In this document: piece after piece, positions 37,840 to 48,699 of the stretch
How positions within the stretch are numbered: position 1 is the first letter of the stretch
How the letters are laid out: each line of letters begins with the position of its first letter
NCBI GenBank assembly: GCA_963825525.1
Contig: CAWGTN010000002.1
Coordinates: forward strand, 768,001-832,000
Direction: 5' to 3'
Length of the DNA: 64,000 bases
Origin: an uncultured Chloroflexia bacterium
Lineage (GTDB): Bacteria > Chloroflexota > Limnocylindria > QHBO01
The notes under the pieces: model-generated
What the model saw: only the letters and a program-made list of their open reading frames with translations
Told to the model about the DNA's origin: nothing
Databases searched by the model: none
Made by a program: the position numbers and the translations under genes

Positions 37840-39722
37840 TTGCACCTGTTCGCGATCGGCTGGGGCCTGTCCGACGAGCTGGGCCAGCGCCTGCGCGACG
37901 AGGTGCGGCGGACTGCCCGGGGGTTCCCGCACCTCGACCCGGAGACGCACTGGTCGCGCGGCCTCCCGGGAGGGGTCCTTGCGACCGGGATCACGTCCTC
38001 GGCCGAGATCATTCGCCCTCGCGAATACGTGCATGACGACGGAGACATTCTCACGCGTGTTCGATGGTCTGCCGCTGGCTCCGACCATCCGGTTCGCGGC
38101 CCACCGCGCGAGCGAGCTGGCGCGGGAGTGGGAACGTCTTCCCGACATCCTCGAAGGCCGATTCATCGCCGCCCGGATCCGCGCGACTGCGGGGGATATC
38201 GAGATCCTGAACGACCCGCTCGGCGTGGGCCAGCTGTACGTGTGGGAGTCAGGCGGGGCGTCGATCGTCTCGAACAGCGCCGGGGTCATCCAGCGCGCCA
38301 TCGGTGTCACCGATCCGGATCCACTCGGGGTCAGCATGTTCCTGGCCATGGATTGGGTCGGAGCCGACCGAACGCTCCGTCGCGACGTCCGCGTCGCCCC
38401 GGCCGGCCAACGCTGGCGTTGGCGTAGCGGCGACCGCCAATGGTCGCGGAGCACGTATTGGAGCGTGGCAAGCGCGGATCTCCGCCCCGAGCGGATCATG
38501 GATGACGCGATCACCGACGGAGTGATCGAAGGTCTAGGTGGCGTGGTCGAGGCGGCGGCAGGTCATCGGCTCGATCAACGCGCCGCTGACCGGCGGGAAG
38601 GACTCGCGCATGCTCGCGGCCGTGCTGCTGGCTAAGGGGATCGATGCGCGCTACTGGACCAAGGGAGACGCCGGATCGGTTGACGTCGGCATCGCCATCG
38701 ACATCGCGGAGCGCCATGGGCTCAACCATCGGGTCGCGAATCGGCCGACCCAGGCCGAGGACGGACGCGATCCGACCCAGGACGTGGCCGCCGAATGGGA
38801 GTCGATCACGCGCGAGTTCGTTCATCAGACCGATGGGCTGGCGAGCATCTTCCTGGTCGGCAACATCCAGGGCCAGCCTCGCCGGGTCTCCAACCTCGAG
38901 GTGACCTTGTCCGCCATGTGCGCCGAGAGCGCGCGTGCGATGTACGCGCAGGACTACCTGTGCGCCCCCGACGCGAGCGTCGCGCGCATCCGTCGCTACA
39001 TGCCGTACGCCGAAACCCAGATCCCGCGGGGTCTGGTGAGCGGCGAGGCCTACGCTGCCGCGAGACGCCAGATCGCGGAGTGGGTCGATGGGGCGGATGG
39101 CATCGCGACGGTCAACCGGCCGGCTGCCTTCTACCTCGACGAGCGGTGTCGCCGATGGGCGTCGAACAACCCGCGCGAGCTCGGCCAGACCGAGGACAAG
39201 GTCCTCCCGTTCGTGACTCGCCCGTACGTCGAGGCGGTCCTCGGTCTCCATCCTGACGAGCGGGAGACGCACCAGGTGCACAAGCGCGTCATCCGCCGCA
39301 CGGTGCCCGACCTCGAGCACGATCCGCCGTTGGACCTCCCCTGGCACAGCGAGATCCCGCCCCGGGCATCCGCACGACGCAAGCTCATCAACGTCGTGAT
39401 GGCAGGCATGCCGTACCCGGCGCGTCGTGCGCTGGTCGAGACCCGTGAACGGCTGCGTCCCACGCGCGTGACCCGCGCTCCGTGGTCGCCATACGACGAG
39501 GCCAGCTGGCTCGAGGCCAATCTCGCGCACGCCCGCGACACCATCCTGTCGCGGTCGCGGTCACCACTCTGGGACTACCTCAACCGCCCGATGCTCGAGC
39601 GGCTGCTCGATCCGACGACGGAGCCCGACCGGCGGCGCCTCCACCAGCTGCCGCTGTTCGCCACGTACACGATGTTCATGTACGAGGCGCTCGAGGCCGA
39701 GCTGGCAAACGAGCGCCGCTGA
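37840..39722 (+). CDS. asparagine-synthetase-like ATP pyrophosphatase (apparent frameshifts near 38055 and 38558)
   Basis: Three overlapping ORF segments: MHLFAIGWG.. / GRF..NDPLG..LY..RTL..V..PAG..YW / LTGGKDSR..LPF. Confidence 0.7.
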
Positions 39723-39731
39723 CCGTCTACC

Positions 39732-42067
39732 TCACGGGAACAGGGCGTTGATCTTGGTGATCACCGAGTTCGAGACGACCGACGGGCCACCGAGCACGAA
39801 GATGCGGGCCGGCTTGAGCCGCTGAAGCTGCTGGCCCGTCGGGCTCGGCACGCTCGTACCCGAGACGAGCAGCAGCGGTCCCCCGAAGGCGCCTGCCGAT
39901 GGGCCGCCGGCCAACGCATCGGGGAATCCCAGGCCGTTGGCGACGAACGCGGTGCCCGCTGACTGAAATACGTCCTGGGCGACCTTCGCTGCGGTGGCGT
40001 AGCGGTCGGCGCCGGACATGCGAATGACCGTCCCGCTGTAACTGCCGAGCTGGGTCGCCACCGCGTTGGACACGACCGCTGTGCCACCCAGGATGACGAT
40101 GCGCGCCGGCCGGAGCCGCGACAGCTCGGTGGCGGTCGCCGAGGGGATCCCGGTCTTCGTCACCAGCAGAAGCGGGCCACCGAGCTGCGCACTGGCCGGA
40201 GCTCCCGCGAGTGCATCGGGGAAGGTGGCGCCGGTCGCGATGAATGCCGTCGGACCGCCGGGATCGAAGGCCGCTCGCGAGATGGCGGCTGCGGTTGCAT
40301 AGCGGTCCGCGCCGGCAAGGCGGTACGGTCCACCGCTGGTCGGATCGTCGTAGGAGGCGAGCTGGTTGCGCACGGTGTCGGAGACGACACCGGTCCCTCC
40401 CAGCACGTAGATGTGGTACGGCTTGAGCCGCCTTGATCTCCGCCAGGGTCGGGCCGGGAATCGCCGACTTCGACACCAGCAGGAGCGGCGACCCTGTTTG
40501 GGCGGCGAGCGCCGCTCCGGCGAGAGCATCCGGGAAGCCCGATCCCGGTGGCGATGAACAGGTAGGGAACGTGCGGGGTGAACGTGGCTGCAGAAATCGC
40601 GGCGGCCGTCGCGTAGCGGTCGGTGCCCGACAGCCGTCGGACGTCGGGTCGGGTCACCACCGCGGCCCGTGCGTCGATGAGCCGTGGCACCGCGATCCAT
40701 CCCAGGACGGAGGGAAGGGCGCGGGCAGTTCGGACCAGGTGCTGCTTCATGGTCTCGCCACCGGCCGCCAGCAGGGCCGGGTTAGCCGATGCCACCAGCG
40801 CCGCCACGCCACTGGTGTTTGCGGCGGCCATCGAGGTTCCGGAGAAGTAGCTGCCACAGGTCGCCCGGATCGTCGTCGGGGACGGAGCTGAGGATGTCCT
40901 CGCCAGGCGCGGCGATGTCGACGCTCCTGGTGCCGTAGTTGGTTGCGTCGCTCAGGAATCCCTCGTTGTGCGCCGATGCGACGGCCAGGATGTTCGAGAG
41001 GTCGAACGAGGCCGGATAGACCGAGTACGTACCGTCGTTGTCGTTGTTGTCGTTACCGGCCGCGGCGACGAACAGCGTGTCGCTGACATTGTCGATCGCC
41101 GCATAGATGGTGCTGCTGTAGTCGTAGCCGCCCCACGAGGCGTTGACGATGCGAGCGCCCTTGGCGTGCGCGTATTCGATCGCCTGCACGGCCTGGAAGT
41201 CGGTGCTGCAGGACGGGTCGTCGCTGATGAACTTCAGGGCCATGATCTTGACCGACGGGGCGACGCCGGCAATGCCGGTGCCATTGCCCGAAGCGGCGAT
41301 CGATCCCGCCACGTGCGTGCCGTGGAAATCGCCGGCGTCGTGGAGGGTGGCGTCGTCGTTGCAGAAGTCCCAGCCGTTGATGTCGTCGATGTGGCCGTTG
41401 GCGTCGTTGTCGATCCCGTCGCCGGGGGTCTCGCCGGGGTTCACCCAGGCCCGGCCCGCCAGGTCGGGATGCGAGAAGTCGACCCCGTCGTCGATGACCG
41501 CGACCACCACGTTGGGGCTGCCGGTCGTGATCTGCCAGGCCTCGGGGACGTTCATGTCGACGTCCTTGACCCCGGCGAAGCCCCCTACCGTCTGCCCCGT
41601 GTTGTTCAGGGCCCACTGCTGTCCGAAAACGGCTCGCCGGTGGGGCCGGCGAACACATGGCGCCGATACTCACGCTCGACCGATGCGACCTCGGGCCGAT
41701 GTTCGAGCGAGGTGGCGGCTGCGGCCAGCGCACCCAGACCTCCCGCCGGCTTGACGAGCTCGGTATCCGGGAGGGGGACATCGGCCACAAGCTCCAGGCG
41801 CTCGGTTGCGCGGACGGCCCGACGCTGGTCGGGCGAGGAACCGGGCCGATACGTGACGAACAGCCTGCCGGTTGGATCGCTCGGCGCGGGCTGCCCCTCG
41901 CCCTTCGGCACACCGCTTCGGGTGGGCATCGGCGCGGGTCCGGTGAGATCCGGCTCGGCGGCCGCCGATGGGGCGGGCCAGCTGCCGGAGGCGATCAGCA
42001 GGCCGGTCAGCAGCAGGCTGACGGCGGTCGCGCGAGGGCGCGATGAGGACACGCAGGATGCGGGCAC
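39732..42067 (-). CDS. S8 subtilisin-like serine protease with three cell-wall-binding repeat 2 (CWB2) domains (about 4 apparent frameshifts near 41625, 40855, 40540, 40430)
   Basis: Catalytic motifs VIDDG, HGTHVAG, GTSMA; RLSGTDRYATA, RLAGADRYATA, RMSGADRYATA and FPDAL motifs. Confidence 0.85.
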
Positions 42068-42145
42068 AGACTTCCCCCTAACTTCCGAGATGCGCGGAGT
42101 CGCACCGCGAGTCTAGGGGCGGCGGTTGGATGACGGCAAGGGGGA

Positions 42146-45100
42146 CTATCGGAACATCCGTTGCTGCTTCGCCAGGTCGAACGGTTCCGAGGGACCGCCG
42201 AGAGCATCATCGACCGAGCGCAGACGGGTTGCGACGACATTGAGGACGCTGCCCTCCACCTGGAGGCGGCCATCGATGACGAGCAGCGGATGGCGATGGA
42301 GCAGTGCGCGGTGTGCCTGGTAGACCTGGGGACGCAGGGTGACGTTCATCATCCCCGTTTCATCCTCGAGCGCGATGAAGACGAAGTTCTTTGCCGTCAT
42401 CGGATGCTGGATGCTGACCGCCAGGCCGGCCAGCCGGATGATGGCCCGATCGCGTAGCCCGGCCGCATCGGCCACGGTGATCACGCCACGGCCGGTGAGC
42501 CGCTCGCGGAAGAGCTCGACCGCGTGGAGGTTGGGGGACACGCCGGTGTCGCGGTAGTCGGCCGCGACCTTCTCGGCATCGGTCATCGGCGGCAGGGACG
42601 CACCCAGGGCGCGCTGGGCGTCATCGGTCAGACCGAGGGCGGGATGCTCCGGATCCGCATCGGCCAGGGTGGTGCGCAGCTGCCAGAGGAGCTCGCGGCG
42701 CGGCGCATCGGTCCAGTCGAAAGCACCGATGCTGATCAGCCGCTCGACCACCTGCTCGCCGAGCCCCGTCCGCGCCACGAAATCGCGGACGTTCTGGTAC
42801 GGGCCGCGATGCCGTTCGACTTCCAGGACCTCGCGCGCCCGATCGTCGATCCCCTTCACCTGGCGCAGCCCGAGCCGGATGGCCCAGGTGCCGTCGACGC
42901 CGATCCGTCGCGTGTCATGCTCCCAGGCCGATTCATTGACGTCGATCGGCAGCACCCGGATCCCGTGACGCTTCGCGTCGTTGATGACGACCGCGGGCGA
43001 GTAGAAGCCCATCGGCTGGTTATTCAGGACGCCGACGGTGTAGTGCGCCGGGTAGTAGCGCTTGAGCCAGGCCGTGTCGTAGCTGATCTTTGCGAACGCC
43101 GCGGCATGGGCGCGAGCGAAGCCGAACTCGGCAAAGGCGGAGCACTTCTGGAACAGCTCCTCGGCGTCGTGCTCCGTCAGGCCGGTGCGCATGGCGCCAC
43201 CGACGAAACGGCCGCGCTCCGCCTGCATCTTGGCGTGAGAGCGGTGTGAGCCCATGGCCTTGCGGAAGATATCGGCCTCGACCGCGGTGTAGCCGCAGAC
43301 GTCGATGGCGACCTGCATGACCTGCTCCTGGTAGAGGATCACGCCCAGCGTGTCCTCGAGAATGGGCTGCAGGGTGGGATGCGCGTAGGTGACCTCCTCC
43401 TCGCCGGCGCGGCGTCGCAGGTAGGGGTGGACGGCGTTGCCCTGGACCGGGCCGGGCCGGATGATCGCCACCTGGACGACGAGATCCTCGAAGCGCTCGG
43501 GGCGTGCCTTGGGGAGGCTCTGCATCTGGGCGCGGCTCTCGATCTGGAACATGCCGACCGTATCGGCTGCCTGGATTGACCGATAGACCTCGGGGTCGTC
43601 GTGCGGGAGCGAGTCGAGGTCGATGCGTTTGCCCGTATCGCGCTCGATGCGGTCCAGGGCATCGCTCACCACGCCCAGCGTCCGGAGGCTGAGCAGGTCG
43701 ATCTTCACCAGGCCGAGCTGCTCGATGTCCTCCTTGTCGTACTGGGTGACGACCCGGTCGGGCATGGTGGCACGCTCGATCGGGACGAGGTCGATGAGCG
43801 GCGTGCGGGTCACGAGCATGCCGCCGACATGGATGCCCAGGTGGCGCGGAAAGCCGTCGATCTCGGCGCACATGGTGAGGAGCCACTGCCACCGGTTGCG
43901 CGTCGGATGGGCGGAGGCGTGGGCGGGGGCGGGGGCGGGGGCAGTGGTCCCAGGCCGAAATTGCCACATGTCGTTCTGGACGACGTTAGGCGGGCCGTTG
44001 TCTCCCGAACTATCGGTAAATCTATGTCGCCGGACATCGAATTTCGGCTCCGAGCCACCTAACGTCGCTGAGACAGGCAGATGACGATTTCCTGTCCGCG
44101 AGCCCCCGGCTTCGGAGCCCCCCTCCTCCTCGGAGTCCCCAGCACCCTCCGGCACCACCCGCGGACGGCGGCGCTCCTCCACCGGCATTCCGCTCTCCGG
44201 ATCCACCCGAACCAGGGCCTGGCGTCCGCTCGACGGACCCGGTGACCCGTTGTCGCGCGGCGTCGGCAGCCGAAGCTCGGCACCGCTCAGCTCCCCGCTC
44301 CGCGCGTAGCGCTTCGTCGTCTCCGACTCGTGCCGAACGCTCGTGACCGATGCGTCGAGAACCCGAGCCTTCTTCGCCGGATACCAGCCGCCCTCGCTCA
44401 CCGTCCGCGGATCGAGCGTCGGCCGCGGACGCGAGTTCCACGAGGAATCGGAGCTCGGATGCACGTGTCCGGAGCCACGACCGTCGCGCCCGGGTGGGAC
44501 GGCGGCATCGGCCATGTCGACGCCGAGCTCCTCGAACAGCCACGCAAACGAGCCATCCAGCGCCAGGTCACGAGCGACATCGGTCGCGTCCCGGGTGTCG
44601 AGCGCCTTGGCCAGCGCGTCGATCCCCTCGGCCGGGAAGCCGAGCGCCTTGGCCACCTCGCGCACTGCGGAGCGCGCCCGGTACGTGATGATCGTGCAGA
44701 CCATGGCGGCGTGATCGGCGCCGTAGCGGGTGTAGAGGTACTGGATCACCTCCTCGCGCCGGTTCACGTCGAAGTCGATATCGATATCGGGCAGCGCGCG
44801 CGCCTCGTTGATGAAACGCTCGAAGAGGAGCTTGTGCTCGATCGGGTCGACCTTGGTGATGCCCAGGCAGTAGGCCACGATCGAGTCGCCGGCGCTCCCC
44901 CGCCCCTGGCCGATGATCCCGCCCTTGCGAGCGAACTCCATCAGGTCCCACACGATGAGGAAGAACTCGGAGAGGTTGGTGCGGTCGATGATGTCCAGCT
45001 CGTGGGTCAGCTGCGACAGCGCACGCTTGGTAATCGGCCGATAACGGACCCGTAAGCCGTCGTGCGCAAGCTGGTAGAGATATGAGAACGCGGTCTCGCC

Positions 45101-46126
45101 GGCCTTGGCACGGTGAACCCCGGAAACCGATACCGCTCGAAGCCGAGCTCGAGCCGGCAGCGTTCGCCGATGAACGCGCTGCGCGCCATGCCGTCCTCCC
45201 ATGCGCGGCGACTGCGCGCGTCCGGCAGCTGCTCGCCGATGGCGGCCATCTCGTGGCCGGCCTTGAGCCGGTATTCGGCGTTCGGCAGCAGCAGCTCCCG
45301 CGCCTCCTCGAGCGTTGCCCCGTGGCGAATGCAGACGAGGACGTCCTGGAGCCGATGCCCGTGGGAGTCGGCGTAGTGGACCTCGTTCGTGACCACGGTC
45401 GGCAGACCGGCTCCCGCGGCCAGCTCTGCCAGCTGCGCGACGAGCCAGTCATCATCGGCCTCGAGGTGGTGGCTGAGCTCAACGTGGAAGTCGCCATCGG
45501 CGAAATGGCGGCTCCAGGTGCGGGCTGCCTGGAGCGCCGCGGCATGGTCACCGGCGAGGAGAAGCCGCGGACACCTGGCCATTCCGGCACCCGGAGAGGC
45601 CGATGAGGTGCCCGCGCGCCTCGTCGAGCGTCGTGGTCACGAGCGTGCGTTCGAAGACCGGGAACTGCTTTTCGCCCGCCAGGTGGCCGCGTGAGACGAG
45701 GCGACTGAGCGCCGTGTAACCGTCCACGTCTCGCGCAAGAAGGACGAGATGGTCACCGGGAATCGGTCCGGCATGATGCTCTCCGGGCCAGCCGCGGCTC
45801 GCCCTGGCGCCGCGAAGCGGATCGTTCAGCTTCCGGCCCCGCTGAACACGTCGAACCTCCTCGGTGGTGCGCGGGATCGTCAGCTCCAGCCCGATGACCG
45901 GCCGAACCGGTGTGAGCCCGGCCTCGCGGGCGGCGTCGGTCTTGGTCTCCTGGCCGGCCTTCCAGGTTCGGACTGCCGCATACAGGCCGGCGTGGTCGGT
46001 GATGGCCAGCGAGGGCAGGCGGAGCTGTGCTGCGCGGGCAATCAGCTCTTCGGGGTGCGAGGCACCATCGAGGAAGCTGAAATTGCTGTGTGCGTGGAGT
46101 TCGCAGTAGTCGTCCGGCATGCCCAT
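42146..46126 (-). CDS. dnaE2: error-prone DNA polymerase DnaE2/ImuC (apparent frameshifts near 45571 and 45105; ~210-aa internal insertion)
   Basis: ELHAHSNFSFLDGAS, GRGSA, PDIDIDF, FPRHLGIHVGG, FQIESRAQM, NNQPMGFYSP, LEDETG; upstream LexA box. Confidence 0.92.
43957..44091. repeat. degenerate palindrome inside the dnaE2 insertion
   Basis: CGACGTTAGG (43981-43990) and CCTAACGTCG (44058-44067) are perfect reverse complements; arms match 26/37 ungapped by hand count; nested AAATCTATGTC/GACATCGAATTT hairpin. Confidence 0.65.
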
Positions 46127-46141
46127 CTGGACGGCCGATGA

Positions 46142-46157
46142 TAGAACGTTTGTTCTA
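46142..46157. promoter_or_regulatory. LexA (SOS) box upstream of dnaE2, overlapping a TATCAT -10
   Basis: TAGAAC-GTTT-GTTCTA (GAAC-N4-GTTC type). Confidence 0.9.
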
Positions 46158-46263
46158 AGACGGGAAGACCCGAACCGGATTGCGACCCGCGCCAGATTGA
46201 ACCGATCCCATGACGCCGACGCCATACCCTGTGACTGCACCGAGAGCGCGACATGAGGACGGA

Positions 46264-46812
46264 ATGGACGAGCTGGTGGAACGGGCCCGTGCCGGCGACC
46301 ACGACGCCTATGCGGCCGTCATCGGCATGACCATCGATCGGATGCACGCCACCGCCACGCTGATGACTCGCGATCGAGCGCTCGCCGAGGACGCCGTCCA
46401 GGAAGCATGTCTCCGTGCGTGGCGAGATCTCCCCGGCCTGCGCGAGCCGGCGCGCTACGAGGCCTGGATGCGACGCCTCCTCGTCCGCTCCTGTCTCGAC
46501 CTGCTGCGGCGCCAGCGTCGAGGCCCACCCGATCGCCGCGTCGATGCCGGCGACCACTACGCCCGTGACGCGTCCGACGGCGTGGCGCTCCGTGATGCGC
46601 TGGAGCGAGCCTTTCGTCGCCTCACCCCCGAGCATCGGGCCGTCGTGGTCCTCACCCACTACGAGGACCTCTCCATCCTCGAGGTCGCCGATGCTCTGCG
46701 CATCCCGCCGGGGACCGTCAAATCGCGTCTCCATCACGCGCTGCGTGCCATGCGAGCCGCTCTCGAGGCCGATTCGCGCGCGCCCGGCCGCGCGGAAGGA
46801 GAGCTGCAATGA
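46264..46812 (+). CDS. ECF RNA polymerase sigma factor
   Basis: AEDAVQEA.LRAWR, LTPEHRAVVVL, IPPGTVKSRLHHA; alternative starts at 46210 and 46231. Confidence 0.93.
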   Translation: MDELVERARAGDHDAYAAVIGMTIDRMHATATLMTRDRALAEDAVQEACLRAWRDLPGLREPARYEAWMRRLLVRSCLDLLRRQRRGPPDRRVDAGDHYARDASDGVALRDALERAFRRLTPEHRAVVVLTHYEDLSILEVADALRIPPGTVKSRLHHALRAMRAALEADSRAPGRAEGELQ

Positions 46813-48221
46813 CGGACTTCGAGCGTGACCCTGTGATTGCCGAATGGTTGGACGGCGAGGCGCCGAGTGCCGCCGACCCGGCACTCGTCGACCGAATCGT
46901 GTCAGCCAGCGCGCGGTCCCGCCAGAGAAGTGGCCGGCAGATCTGGGTCGCATCGCCCGTCGGGCGAGCGCTCGCCGCTGGGGCAGCCGCGATGGCGATC
47001 GTCCTCGTCGGCTGGATGATCTCAACGTCCGGCCCCCCCATCGGCCCGACGCCGTCGACGGGTCCGTCATCGGCAGCGACGCCCAGTGACCTGGCGACGG
47101 GAACAGCCGCGCCGTCGCCATCGGCATCCGTGCCCGCCCCGAGTCCGTCAATCTCGCCGGTGGACGCCTGGTCGGGCCGCGACATCCCAAACGCCGAAGC
47201 CGGCGGGTGGACCGGAGCAATCCCGCACGATGTCGTTGCGACCGAGGCCGGCCTGGTGGCGGTCGGCGAGGTCTACCCGTGCTGCGCCGACGCCAAGTAT
47301 GAAGACACCTGGCAGGTCGTGATCTGGACCTCACCGGACGGGCGGAGATGGGAGCTCGTGCCGGATCTCGAGACCTTCGGAAAGGCGGGCATGCGTGCCG
47401 TGACGGCGAATGACGCGGGTCTCCTGGTTGCGGCCGGGTACGAGACCGTCCTGCCGACCAACGCTGCACGTGAGCGCGGGCGCCTCTACCAACAGGAAGG
47501 GCGGCTGTGGCGGAGCAGCAACGGGACGGATTGGATCTCGCTCCCCGCCCCCGCCGCCGGTGGGTTCGCTGACATCGGCTGGAGCTCCTCGGGATGGGTC
47601 GCAGCGGGAACGGTCGTGGACGAGGCGGGCGAAGAGACTTCCGCAATCTTCACCTCATCCGACCTGGCGAGCTGGTCGACGGTGGACATGGGTCCCGGCT
47701 ACTTCGGGCATGTGGCGACGGATGGCGCAGGCCGCGTCGTGGCCGTCGGCTGTCTCGGCCCGCGGGGCGACTGCCAGACGAGGGCCATGGCCCGAGGCGA
47801 CGGGATCGAATGGAGTGCCTCCGACCTGGACGGCACGGTCTCGTCGGTCATCGGACTGCCCGACGGCGGCTTCGTGGCAGTCGGCGAGTGGTCGCAGCAA
47901 CCGGCGGCATGGTCCAGCGCCGATGGCATCACCTGGCAGCCACGGCACTTCACCGACCGGAATGCCACCGGCTTCTCCGCCATCGCCCTCGACGGCCAGG
48001 GCGTGGTCGCGACCGGTGTCCCGGCGCGCACCACCGATGCGGTCGGGGTGTGGTCCTCGGTCGATGCGGGCCAGCTCTGGACGCAGGTGGCCGAGCTCGA
48101 GCTGGTTGCCGGCGCAATAGAGACCCGGATCACGGCCGCTGCGTACCGCGACGCGCAGTACATCGTGCTCGGAACCGTGTTCGACACAGGGGGCCGGCCA
48201 GCCGCCTGGCACGGCCCCTAG
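46809..48221 (+). CDS. putative anti-sigma factor: single TM plus extracellular Asp-box beta-propeller
   Basis: Overlaps the sigma stop; TM; P/S linker; repeats WTSPDGRRW, WRSSNGTDW, WSSADGITW, WSSVDAGQLW. Confidence 0.7.
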   Translation: MTDFERDPVIAEWLDGEAPSAADPALVDRIVSASARSRQRSGRQIWVASPVGRALAAGAAAMAIVLVGWMISTSGPPIGPTPSTGPSSAATPSDLATGTAAPSPSASVPAPSPSISPVDAWSGRDIPNAEAGGWTGAIPHDVVATEAGLVAVGEVYPCCADAKYEDTWQVVIWTSPDGRRWELVPDLETFGKAGMRAVTANDAGLLVAAGYETVLPTNAARERGRLYQQEGRLWRSSNGTDWISLPAPAAGGFADIGWSSSGWVAAGTVVDEAGEETSAIFTSSDLASWSTVDMGPGYFGHVATDGAGRVVAVGCLGPRGDCQTRAMARGDGIEWSASDLDGTVSSVIGLPDGGFVAVGEWSQQPAAWSSADGITWQPRHFTDRNATGFSAIALDGQGVVATGVPARTTDAVGVWSSVDAGQLWTQVAELELVAGAIETRITAAAYRDAQYIVLGTVFDTGGRPAAWHGP

Positions 48222-48239
48222 AGAGGAGGCCGGGGCCGG

Positions 48240-48650
48240 TCAGCCACCCGTCGCGGTGAGCGTGATCACGACGTCGACGAGCTCCCCACACGGGATGTCG
48301 ACGATGGTCGTCGCCGGGGCATAGTGCGCATCGACCGTCGAGATCGTGAACCGGCCGGCGACGTCGGTCGCCTCGAACTTGCCGTCGGATCCGGTCCGCG
48401 TCGAACCGGTGAACCCGTCGCCGGCCACGACCTGGATGAAGATGTCGTCGAGCGGCGTCCCATCGGTGTCGGTGACCAACCCGTCGATTCCACCGCCCGA
48501 CACGTCGTCCCGCCCGCATGCCACCACGGAGGGGGACGGCGCGGCAGGTTCGGATGACGGCGCGGAGTTGCACGAGGCCAGCGCAACCACGAACGCAACG
48601 GCCAAGGCCGGAAGCCAGCGCCCGGCGTATCTGTGGGTCGAGATGGACAT
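48240..48650 (-). CDS. lipoprotein with carboxypeptidase-regulatory-like beta-sandwich domain
   Basis: LASC lipobox; IDGLVTDTDGTPL..TRTGSDGKF. Confidence 0.7.
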   Translation of the reverse strand: MSISTHRYAGRWLPALAVAFVVALASCNSAPSSEPAAPSPSVVACGRDDVSGGGIDGLVTDTDGTPLDDIFIQVVAGDGFTGSTRTGSDGKFEATDVAGRFTISTVDAHYAPATTIVDIPCGELVDVVITLTATGG

Positions 48651-48699
48651 CGCGCACAGTATGCCGAGGCTCGGCCGGCCGTGCCAATTGGCCGATGCC

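Noticed and set aside
37840-39722. Lasso peptide cyclase cluster
   Set aside because: No leader peptidase, RRE protein or precursor peptide recognised nearby
43895-44525. Intein in DnaE2
   Set aside because: No Cys/Ser start paired with a His-Asn end followed by C/S/T, and no LAGLIDADG motif; the insert is low-complexity
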